A DNA stretch of 34,146 nt from a virus. The notes beneath the pieces are model-generated. The model had not been told where the DNA came from, did not search any database, and was given only the letters and a program-made list of their open reading frames with translations. A program made the position numbers and the translations under genes. Positions 16,095 to 23,761 of this stretch are shown one piece after another. The stretch is from the IMG/VR virus record IMGVR_UViG_3300045988_032262; one strand, written 5' to 3'. Each line of letters starts with the position of its first letter. Within the stretch, counting starts at the first letter, position 1.

Positions 16095-16217
16095 ATGAAA
16101 AACTTATTTAAATGGATTTTAGCTAAAGATGAGAAAGAACAAAAACCAGTATGGACACCATACGAAGAAAACGAAAAGAAATATGAAGAAATTCATAAAC
16201 AACTATCAATGAAATAA
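16095..16217 (+). CDS. Small hypothetical protein (40 aa), absent from the ORF track
   Basis: GAAAGG (16081..16086) lies 8 nt before the ATG. Translation: MKNLFKWILAKDEKEQKPVWTPYEENEKKYEEIHKQLSMK*. Confidence 0.45.
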   Translation: MKNLFKWILAKDEKEQKPVWTPYEENEKKYEEIHKQLSMK

Positions 16218-16406
16218 AATAGCTAAACCGTTCTTCAATCCGTAGCCACACCTCGGTGTGCGGAGTGCAACTAAATACCCCAAAAATTAAATAAACCACA
16301 AAAAACTACCTTATTAAAAAAATAAATAAAATTGAAGCACATCGGGGGCTGGGTGCGGATTGAAGCACTAAAAAAGCACAGGTATCTTAATGCGAAAGTA
16401 TCAACT

Positions 16407-16721
16407 ATGGAAAGCGAGGGCTTACGATTGAGAATTTATGTTAATAAACGCAAAAAATTGATTTTAGCACCAGAAGTTTTTGAAAAATATGGTGGTGTCA
16501 GTAACGAAACGATTCAAATTAAAAACGGTGAATTTTCAAAGGAAATTGAAAAAGAAGTCAACGAAGCTATGCAAGAGATTATTGATCGCTGGCAACCAAT
16601 TTTCGATAACATTCCAATGGAAGCACTGTTTGCTGAAAGACAAAGGCAAGTTAAAAACTTTATTGATTTTGAAACAGTACTAACTGATTTAGTTGAAAAG
16701 GAGTTTAGCAGCGATGAGTGA
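16407..16721 (+). CDS. Hypothetical replication-module protein (104 aa from ATG 16407; the ORF track gives a TTG at 16332)
   Basis: The frame is open from 16332. The TTG at 16332 has no RBS and lies inside a repeat element. ATG 16407 has a weak GAAAG 8 nt upstream. The start is uncertain. Confidence 0.5.
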   Translation: MESEGLRLRIYVNKRKKLILAPEVFEKYGGVSNETIQIKNGEFSKEIEKEVNEAMQEIIDRWQPIFDNIPMEALFAERQRQVKNFIDFETVLTDLVEKEFSSDE

Positions 16722-17265
16722 AGAATGGCGTGACGTTGTCGGATATGAAGGATTGTACCAAGTGAGCAGCGAGGGACGCGTTAAGAGTTTAGAGAGAGTT
16801 GTTAAACGAAAGGATGGTCGCAGACGACTTCAAAAAGGGCGTTTTTTAAAACCGTCACGCGACCACTGTGGTTATAAGAAAATTTGTTTAACAGATGCAA
16901 ATAGTAAACAAAAAAGCTTTCTCGTCCATCGCATCGTTTGTCAGGCGTTTCATGAGAATCCATGGAACAAGTCAGAAGTTAACCATATAAACGAAGATAA
17001 ATCAGACAATCGATCTTGCAATCTTGAGTGGTGTACACGAAAAGAAAACTGTAACCACGGGACAAGGAACGTAAGAATGGCGAAAAAGATCGCCGAGATT
17101 AAAAGTAAACCGATTGCCCAATACACCCTTGATGGTAAGCTCGTTAAAGTTTGGCCATCGCCTACGGAAGTCCACAGACAGTTAGGAATCAACCAAGGTA
17201 ATATTAGTGCAGTAGCTCGGGGCGAGCGTAACAAAGCCAGCGGTTTCATTTGGAAATATGTCTAA
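16714..17265 (+). CDS. NUMOD4 + HNH homing-type endonuclease with a C-terminal IENR1-like HTH
   Basis: ATG at 16714 lies 10 nt after AAAAGGAG. NUMOD4 motif: EEWRDVVGYEGLYQVSSEGRVKS. HNH_3 motif: VHRIVCQAF...EVNHINEDKSDNRSCNLEW. C-terminal segment: GINQGNISAVARGERNKASGFIWKY. Confidence 0.85.
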   Translation: MSEEWRDVVGYEGLYQVSSEGRVKSLERVVKRKDGRRRLQKGRFLKPSRDHCGYKKICLTDANSKQKSFLVHRIVCQAFHENPWNKSEVNHINEDKSDNRSCNLEWCTRKENCNHGTRNVRMAKKIAEIKSKPIAQYTLDGKLVKVWPSPTEVHRQLGINQGNISAVARGERNKASGFIWKYV

Positions 17266-17284
17266 AGAAAGGAAGAAATAACGG

Positions 17285-17986
17285 ATGAAAATTATAAATG
17301 GGTCGAATATTGAACGAACAGAGAATTGGCGCGTACTGTTATACGGAAAGCCTGGGATTGGTAAAACAAGTGTCATTAAGCAATTAAAAGGGCGGGTGTT
17401 GGTGTTGTCGCTTGATAATAGCTATCGCGTGTTGTCGCACAGCGAAAATATAGATGTGATCGAATTTGACCGCGAGCACCCTACTGAAGCGATTACCGAC
17501 TTCTTGAATGACGTTGATGATGTCTTGGGCGACTACGATAATTTAGTAATTGACAATGTCTCGAGCCTACAAAGCGACTGGTTCGTGCAAATGGCAAGAG
17601 AAAGCGCCAGCGGGCTTCAAAATGAACTTCAACATTTTAGCCGCTGGACGAACTTCTTCCTGCGCGTGCTAACGGCAATTTACAGCAAACCAATTAATAT
17701 TTACGTGACTGCGTGGGAAGATGTACGAGACCTGAACCTTGAAACAGGCCAAATAATTTCCCAATACATTCCACAAATCAGAACAAGTGTTCTAAGCCAG
17801 TTGTTAGGCCTCACAGATGTGGTCGGAAGAGTTGTTGTCAACGAAAAGACAGGCAACCGTGGGTGCATTCTAGAAGGTAGCGAAGGTACCTACGCTAAGA
17901 ATCGCCTCGATAATCGAACAGCTTGCAAGATTGAAGACCTCTTTAAATTTGGTGATTTAGATGGAACTAAGGAATTACCAGAGTGA
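17285..17986 (+). CDS. AAA_24 / Sak4-like RecA-fold ATPase (233 aa)
   Basis: Walker A motif LLYGKPGIGKTS and a Walker B-like LVIDNVS. Its 233-aa size and position match the conserved S. thermophilus phage replication module (from recall). Confidence 0.8.
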   Translation: MKIINGSNIERTENWRVLLYGKPGIGKTSVIKQLKGRVLVLSLDNSYRVLSHSENIDVIEFDREHPTEAITDFLNDVDDVLGDYDNLVIDNVSSLQSDWFVQMARESASGLQNELQHFSRWTNFFLRVLTAIYSKPINIYVTAWEDVRDLNLETGQIISQYIPQIRTSVLSQLLGLTDVVGRVVVNEKTGNRGCILEGSEGTYAKNRLDNRTACKIEDLFKFGDLDGTKELPE

Positions 17987-19292
17987 TCTTGTCAATGGTA
18001 TTAAGCAATCAATATTAAGAGGTAATAAGCGTATCATGGTGCAGTCACCACCTAGGAGCGGTAAAACCGTGGTAATGGCTCATATCGCAAAAGGTGCAAC
18101 AGATAAAGGTAACACTGTTCTATTCTTTAGTCATCGAAAGGAAATTAATGAGCAGGTAGTCAATACATTCAAAAGAAATGACGTTGACATGAACCTTGTA
18201 ACCATTGATAGCGTGACTAAGGTATCACGAAACCTAGATAGGATATCAGAGCCATCGATCATATTAATCGACGAAGCTCATCATGTTAAGGCTAAAACCT
18301 ATTTAAAAATTATAGAACACTTTTCTAATAGCGTAGTCCTAATGTTTACTGGTACACCAGCTAGACTTGATGGCAGTGGGTTTGATGATATCGCAGACGA
18401 CATTGTTCTCGGAAAGTCGGTTAAATGGCTACAGGATAACGGGAACATCGCACCATTTAAATATTATGCCCCTTCTTTAATCGACACTACAAACCTAAAA
18501 AAGCGTGGTGGAGAGTTTACTAAGAAATCCGTAGATGACACAATGAAACGTGTGATTTACGGTGATGTTATAAGACACTATGAGAAGTTAGCCAAAGGCA
18601 AACAAGCCATAGTATACACACATAGCGTAGAAGCTTCTGAGAGCGTTTCTAACACGTTTAACGATCAAGGTTATACTTCTATCGCGATCAGTGGTAAAAC
18701 GCCACCAGAGGTTCGAGAGAGGGCAATGCAAGCCTTTAGAGACGGAGAACTTACAATTATGGTTAATTGTGAGTTATTCACTGAAGGAATTGACCTGCCA
18801 AACGTTGATGTTTGCATCATGTTAAGACCAACTCAATCATTATCACTCTATTTGCAGTTTGCCATGAGGGCTTTAAATCCAAGAGACGGTAAAACAGCTA
18901 TTATAATCGACCATGTTGGAAATGTTGATAGGCATGGATTACCAAACGCCGACCGTGAATGGTCACTAAATGGTGTAATTAAGAAGAAACAGAAAGCAAA
19001 ACTCGGTGAACCTACCACACGGACGTGTGATGAATGCTACGCTACGTTTTGGAGTGCTGAACGTATCTGTCCACTGTGTGGCCATGAGAATCAGCCTACA
19101 AAAGAAGAAATTGAAATAATTCGAGAAATAGAACTCGAAGAAAGACGGCAAGAGGTTGCTAGTAAAGTTGAAACATTCGTTACTAGTGACCAATGCCAAA
19201 CAGTAGAAGAACTCAAAGAGTTCGCTAAACAACACGGATATAAACCCGGTTGGGTTTATTACCAACAGAAAAAAAATAATATATGGAGATAA
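17961..19292 (+). CDS. DEAD/DEAH-box (SF2) helicase with a C-terminal Zn ribbon (443 aa)
   Basis: Motif I SPPRSGKT and motif II IDEAHH. C-terminal CDECYATF...CPLCGHEN. Confidence 0.85.
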   Translation: MELRNYQSDLVNGIKQSILRGNKRIMVQSPPRSGKTVVMAHIAKGATDKGNTVLFFSHRKEINEQVVNTFKRNDVDMNLVTIDSVTKVSRNLDRISEPSIILIDEAHHVKAKTYLKIIEHFSNSVVLMFTGTPARLDGSGFDDIADDIVLGKSVKWLQDNGNIAPFKYYAPSLIDTTNLKKRGGEFTKKSVDDTMKRVIYGDVIRHYEKLAKGKQAIVYTHSVEASESVSNTFNDQGYTSIAISGKTPPEVRERAMQAFRDGELTIMVNCELFTEGIDLPNVDVCIMLRPTQSLSLYLQFAMRALNPRDGKTAIIIDHVGNVDRHGLPNADREWSLNGVIKKKQKAKLGEPTTRTCDECYATFWSAERICPLCGHENQPTKEEIEIIREIELEERRQEVASKVETFVTSDQCQTVEELKEFAKQHGYKPGWVYYQQKKNNIWR

Positions 19293-19298
19293 AAAACT

Positions 19299-19754
19299 AT
19301 GTTTACAATTGATTACTCACAAGCAAAAGAATTCGGATCTATCAAAGACGGTACTTACGAAGTTACTATTGATTTAGCAAAACAAGATGCTACTCAAGGA
19401 GGAGCTGACTACCTTGACATCCGTTTTCGTATTCGCAAGGACTTCCAACAAGAATTCCAAAATAACATTATTTTCTATCGTATCTTTGCTAAAAAAGAAG
19501 ACGGAAAATATCCAGTAGCTTCTATCATGAACCTTGCTAAAGCTGCAGGAATTCCTGATGGTACTAAATTTAGTAGCTTGGAAGATTATCTCAACCAGTT
19601 GGAAGGAAAAGCTCTTAAAGTTACCGTTAAAAACGAAAAATCTGAGTGGCAAGGTAAAACCTACGAAAATCTAAACGTTAAACGTTTGGAAGTTACCGAT
19701 ATCCCACTTCCAGAAGTTAATACTGAGATTTCAGAAATTGACCTTCCGTTCTAA
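19299..19754 (+). CDS. DUF669-type putative ssDNA-binding protein (151 aa)
   Basis: It lies between the helicase and primase genes. The C-terminus, EISEIDLPF, resembles the acidic SSB tail. Confidence 0.6.
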   Translation: MFTIDYSQAKEFGSIKDGTYEVTIDLAKQDATQGGADYLDIRFRIRKDFQQEFQNNIIFYRIFAKKEDGKYPVASIMNLAKAAGIPDGTKFSSLEDYLNQLEGKALKVTVKNEKSEWQGKTYENLNVKRLEVTDIPLPEVNTEISEIDLPF

Positions 19755-19756
19755 TT

Positions 19757-20563
19757 ATGAAGATGGTTGATTACGCAATCAACTATCAACGCATGGGCTA
19801 TTCTGTTATCCCTATCTCAAAGAATGGCAAAACCCCTCTTATTTCTTTCGCTGACAAACCACCAATGACTGAAAACGACATTCGGAGGGTGTGGCGAGAT
19901 AATCCAGATGCTAACATTGCACTTAAAACCGATACATTCTTTGTCATTGACGTGGACATGCATGGCGATGTTGACGGTTTAACTAATTTAAGAAATTGGG
20001 AACATGCAAGACTCATACCCAAAACCTTGCAAGCTATAACCCCCAGCGGTGGGAGACATATCTACTTAAAAAAAGACCCCAACCATCCTATATCGCAAAA
20101 TATTGGGATGATTGAGGGAGTAGATATCAAGGCACACGTTAATAACTATATATTAGTTCCACCGTCCAATAATTCCAAAGGATACTATGAATGGGATACA
20201 GTGCATTCGCCAAAAGATGGAAGCATAACAGAAGCACCTCTTGCGTTGATAAAAGTATTGCAGAAAATGAAACCAAACTATGAAGTCTCATCGTTTGCTA
20301 GTGACAGTGTTAGAAGTACAAAAACCACAAAGTTATTCGAGAGCATCTTACTAGGTTTTGGAGACAAAGGCGGACGAAACAATGCACTTGCCGAGTTTGT
20401 CGGTGGACTGCTACTTAGAGGCGTTGACCCAGAAATCACTTATCATCTTGCAAAGATGGCAAACAACAACACCAAAGAGCCTTTGGGCGATAAGGAATTT
20501 GAAAGGACATTTAAGAGCATGTTAAACAAAGAAATAAGGAGGATTGGACTTGACAACGATTGA
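19757..20563 (+). CDS. Bifunctional primase/polymerase (PrimPol) N-terminal domain protein (268 aa)
   Basis: Motifs include YSVIPI..NGKTPL, FFVIDVDMHGD (DxD) and PSGGRHIY. Confidence 0.75.
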   Translation: MKMVDYAINYQRMGYSVIPISKNGKTPLISFADKPPMTENDIRRVWRDNPDANIALKTDTFFVIDVDMHGDVDGLTNLRNWEHARLIPKTLQAITPSGGRHIYLKKDPNHPISQNIGMIEGVDIKAHVNNYILVPPSNNSKGYYEWDTVHSPKDGSITEAPLALIKVLQKMKPNYEVSSFASDSVRSTKTTKLFESILLGFGDKGGRNNALAEFVGGLLLRGVDPEITYHLAKMANNNTKEPLGDKEFERTFKSMLNKEIRRIGLDND

Positions 20564-22055
20564 TTTCGATTATTACAGAGAACAATTTAGTCTATTACCA
20601 AGTAAACCGAGCAGCAGAGAGGGAATTAAGAATAAGCTTAAAGCCTACCGAAACGACTGGTTTGAAAAATTCAAGGAAGAAAATCCAGATAGCAAAGAAC
20701 CAAAGGCATTGCCAGAATTAGCAGTAGCTAAAGGTTTAAATAAATGCACTCATGTTATCACCCTCGAAAATGGGAAAGTAGCTATATATGATCCAGATCG
20801 GGGATACTACCAAAAAGATTACAGATATGCCTACCAGCTTATCTATATCTTAGAACCTACATTCAATGAAACAAAATGCCGAAATGTTCTATTCTTGCTA
20901 TCAAACATGAGCAGGGAATATGAATATAATAACATGTATATGGATTTTGAACCAGAATATCGAGATGTAAGGCGTTTTATTCTCGTTAAAAATGGCATCT
21001 ACGATAAACGAAAGAAGAAGCTGCTATCGTTTGACCATAAGTTTATTAACTTCAGTACAATTGAAACAGAATTAGTTGAGAACGCCCCTAAACCAACAAT
21101 AAATGGTTGGGATGTCGATAGTTGGTTGTTAGATCTCATGAGTGGCGACAGTGAGCTTGTAGAATTACTATGGCAAGTGATTGCAGCGTCACTTAATGGT
21201 AACCATTCTTATCGAAAATCGATTTGGTTCGTTGGTAACGGTAACGATGGTAAGGGTACGTTTCAACAGTTAATTAGCAATCTTGTTGGATTAAAAAACG
21301 TAGCACCATTAAAACTTAATCAATTTTCTGAACGTTTCGGTCTTGCCATTATCGAAGGGAAGACAGTTATCATTGGTGACGATGTCCAAGCTGGTATATA
21401 TGTAGATGAATCTTCCAATTTTAACTCAGTCGTTACTGGTGAACCAGTTTCAATTGAGAAAAAAGGAGAAAATCCTTACTTAGCGCAATTTAAGAAAACG
21501 GTTATCCAGTCTACCAACGCTATGCCAGTGTTTAAAAACAAATCAAACGGGACATATCGACGTATCGTGATTATCCCATTCAAAAAAACATTTGGCATCA
21601 ATGATGACAATTGGGCAATTAAGGATGATTACATCAATCGTAAAGAAGTTTTGGAATATGTTCTTTGGAAAGCAATTAATTTAGATTTTGACAAATTCAG
21701 TGAACCAAAAGCGACACAAGAACGTATGCAAGAGTTCAAGGAAGAAAATAACACAGTTTATAAATTCCTTAATGAATACTTGTCAGATGTCGTTTCCACT
21801 CGAATTCCAGTTAGGTTCTTGTGGGATGTATACCGCTCATGGTGTCACGAGGGAAATCATACTATACCTAAAAAATCTAACTTTGAAAAAGAGTTGGCAC
21901 AGAATTTACCAGTTGGTTGGATAAAAGATAGACAAAAACCTCTTGATTTTTTCAATCCAACTAAAGATAAGCCAGATTATTGGCATGATTTCAATTTTAA
22001 ATGGGACGAAAACAAAGCTAAGAAAGCAGCAGTAGTGGTTATGGTTACTCAGTAA
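20550..22055 (+). CDS. P4/D5-family primase-helicase (about 501 aa)
   Basis: Walker A motif GNGNDGKGT followed by IIGDD. TTG at 20550 lies 7 nt after AAGGAGG (20536..20542). The TTG at 20544 in the ORF track is only 1 nt from the RBS. Confidence 0.8.
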   Translation: MTTIDFDYYREQFSLLPSKPSSREGIKNKLKAYRNDWFEKFKEENPDSKEPKALPELAVAKGLNKCTHVITLENGKVAIYDPDRGYYQKDYRYAYQLIYILEPTFNETKCRNVLFLLSNMSREYEYNNMYMDFEPEYRDVRRFILVKNGIYDKRKKKLLSFDHKFINFSTIETELVENAPKPTINGWDVDSWLLDLMSGDSELVELLWQVIAASLNGNHSYRKSIWFVGNGNDGKGTFQQLISNLVGLKNVAPLKLNQFSERFGLAIIEGKTVIIGDDVQAGIYVDESSNFNSVVTGEPVSIEKKGENPYLAQFKKTVIQSTNAMPVFKNKSNGTYRRIVIIPFKKTFGINDDNWAIKDDYINRKEVLEYVLWKAINLDFDKFSEPKATQERMQEFKEENNTVYKFLNEYLSDVVSTRIPVRFLWDVYRSWCHEGNHTIPKKSNFEKELAQNLPVGWIKDRQKPLDFFNPTKDKPDYWHDFNFKWDENKAKKAAVVVMVTQ

Positions 22056-22308
22056 CCGCAGGTTACTGCAACATGTAACCGTCAAACACCTTGATACATA
22101 AGGGTTTTCGGTTGCTTTAGTTACTTAGTTACTACTTTTATATATATTTAAATAAATAAATAAATAAATAAATATATATATATATATATATAGAGAGAGA
22201 GTCAAAAAAACGTGTAACTAAGTAACTAAAGTGGCCAGAAACCTTGATATATAAGGGGTTTGCGGCGGTTACGAGTAAAAGTAACTGTTACTGTAATAGA
22301 GTAACAAA
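22043..22308. other. Putative origin of replication (non-coding, repeat-rich)
   Basis: At least a dozen GTTAC/GTAAC motifs. An 18-bp perfect inverted repeat (22115..22132 and 22214..22231) flanks an AT-rich microsatellite core. Direct repeats ACCTTGATA(c/t)ATAAGGG are at 22085..22111 and 22238..22265. It lies immediately downstream of the primase gene, where the Sfi21-type ori has been mapped (from recall). Confidence 0.65.
22149..22200. repeat. Compound microsatellite (TAAA)6-(TA)10-(GA)4
   Basis: Counted directly: TAAA x6 at 22149..22172, TA x10 at 22173..22192, GA x4 at 22193..22200. A (TA)4 run precedes it at 22139..22146. Confidence 0.95.
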
Positions 22309-22641
22309 ATGAGATATATGACCACAGAATCACTAATTCAAAATCAAATTCGAGTGGAATTATCAAAAGCTGGCTACATGGTATTTAGAATTAACGTTGG
22401 AAAAGTCAGAATGGCTGATGGACGTTGGTTTGATACTGGAGCACCAAAAGGTTTTTGTGACCTGTTTGGATTTAGACCAGATGGACAGATATTTTTCATC
22501 GAAGTTAAAAATGAAAAAGGTCGTGTGAGAGACGACCAAAAGAAATTTATGGAAGCTATGAAAAAACGAGGAGCACTCGTAGGAGTGGCAAGAAGCGTTA
22601 AGGATGCAATGAGGATAGTTGATGGTAAAACGGTGGAATGA
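22309..22641 (+). CDS. VRR-NUC domain nuclease (110 aa)
   Basis: PD-(D/E)XK signature: GFCDLFGF...IFFIEVKNEKG...DQKKF. Confidence 0.8.
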   Translation: MRYMTTESLIQNQIRVELSKAGYMVFRINVGKVRMADGRWFDTGAPKGFCDLFGFRPDGQIFFIEVKNEKGRVRDDQKKFMEAMKKRGALVGVARSVKDAMRIVDGKTVE

Positions 22642-22645
22642 CCAT

Positions 22646-22870
22646 ATGGCTGGCATTAAATATGCACCAAGACCATATGAAGAGCATATAACTGTGTTAG
22701 AGCGTGTAGAATATTTCAATCATTGGTTTTATGCTACCCATCAAAAGAAAGGTGCGGTGGCAATTAAACTAGGGATTAGTACCAATAAATTAAACCGCAT
22801 ATTAACATTGGAACAGTTACCAGATGAGAAATTATTGAAAGAGATGGTAGAACTATGCAATATAAAGTAA
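22646..22870 (+). CDS. Hypothetical protein, possibly HTH (74 aa)
   Basis: ATG at 22646 comes just after the VRR-NUC stop, with GGTGGA upstream. The segment AVAIKLGISTNKLNRIL looks HTH-like. Confidence 0.5.
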   Translation: MAGIKYAPRPYEEHITVLERVEYFNHWFYATHQKKGAVAIKLGISTNKLNRILTLEQLPDEKLLKEMVELCNIK

Positions 22871-23010
22871 TAACATATTTTGACAACATGGAAGACGATG
22901 TAGAAATTTATGATAGCAAGGATGAAGCTATCAAAAGATTGCATCATTTGAGAGGTGTTAAATACAGAAATTTAAAATTATATAAAGTGGAAATGGTTGA
23001 GGTTGAATAA
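22855..23010 (+). CDS. Small hypothetical protein (51 aa), absent from the ORF track
   Basis: ATG at 22855 overlaps the end of the previous ORF, and the stop abuts the GTG at 23011. Translation: MQYKVITYFDNMEDDVEIYDSKDEAIKRLHHLRGVKYRNLKLYKVEMVEVE*. Confidence 0.45.
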   Translation: MQYKVITYFDNMEDDVEIYDSKDEAIKRLHHLRGVKYRNLKLYKVEMVEVE

Positions 23011-23508
23011 GTGAATAGACTTAAAGAATTAAGAGAATTACGGAAAATTACAAGAGTTGAGTTAGCCGAAAAAATTGGGGTTACAAAATTAACCATTCTT
23101 AATTGGGAACATGGCACCCATGAAATCAAAGGAAGTAATGCTAAGAAGCTAGCTGAATACTTCAACGTATCAATCCCATACTTGCTAGGTTATGATACAT
23201 TAACTGACCTAGTTGCCAAGATTAACGAGTGGGCTATCAGTCACGGACTGGATAAAGGAAATCCTAAAATCGAGTGGATGAAGGTTACTGAAGAGGTTGG
23301 AGAAATTAGAGACGTGTTTCTAAAACCTAACGATTTTGATGACCCAGAAATGGCTCTAAAAGACGCTATAGGCGATTCTATTGTTACCCTAGTGGTATTA
23401 TGCCTACAACTCGGTTACGACGTTGAGGAGTGCCTTAAAATCACTTATAACAACATTAAGGACAGGAAAGGAGTAATGATTGATGACAACTTTGTCAAAA
23501 CGAGATAA
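23011..23508 (+). CDS. Fusion protein: N-terminal XRE-type HTH plus C-terminal MazG-like all-alpha NTP pyrophosphohydrolase (165 aa)
   Basis: GTG start after GAGGTTGA. Residues 1..62, LRELRKITRVELAEKIGVTKLTILNWEHG...IPYLLGY, form an HTH_3 domain. The C-terminus, KVTEEVGEIRDVF...LKDAIGDSIVTLVVLCLQLGYD...NNIKDRKG, carries MazG-type acidic motifs. It is one continuous frame. Confidence 0.75.
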   Translation: MNRLKELRELRKITRVELAEKIGVTKLTILNWEHGTHEIKGSNAKKLAEYFNVSIPYLLGYDTLTDLVAKINEWAISHGLDKGNPKIEWMKVTEEVGEIRDVFLKPNDFDDPEMALKDAIGDSIVTLVVLCLQLGYDVEECLKITYNNIKDRKGVMIDDNFVKTR

Positions 23509-23761
23509 CCAGCTAAGGATTCTACTACTAATTTCAATAGTAATCAATGTGACTACTATCATACGAGTGGTTAACAGACCTATCGAGACTGTAGTAATCC
23601 ATACTGTATTGCATGGTAAAATCACAGGTAAGCAGATGATAGGGAAGCTCTACACGATTGATTGTGGAGCGTATGGTAAGTTTCTAGTCACCAAGGAACA
23701 ATACGATAGTGTGCAGGTAGGAGATGATGTTCCAAGCTATTTGAAAGGGAGGGGACAATGA
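23483..23761 (+). CDS. Small membrane-anchored protein (92 aa; DUF1372-like from recall)
   Basis: ATG at 23483 lies 9 nt after GGAAAGGAG. N-terminal TM segment: LRILLLISIVINVTTIIRVV. Confidence 0.6.
   Translation: MTTLSKRDNQLRILLLISIVINVTTIIRVVNRPIETVVIHTVLHGKITGKQMIGKLYTIDCGAYGKFLVTKEQYDSVQVGDDVPSYLKGRGQ

Noticed and set aside
22139-22200. Whether the tandem repeats are a CRISPR-like array or a coding repeat
   Set aside because: The units are 2-4 nt microsatellites (TAAA, TA, GA) with no spacers. This is not a CRISPR array and not coding. I interpret it as the AT-rich origin core.
22741-23165. Minus-strand ORFs 22741..22947 and 22944..23165
   Set aside because: They are antisense to tightly packed plus-strand genes, including the HTH-MazG fusion. 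They have no RBS and a hydrophobic, low-complexity composition.
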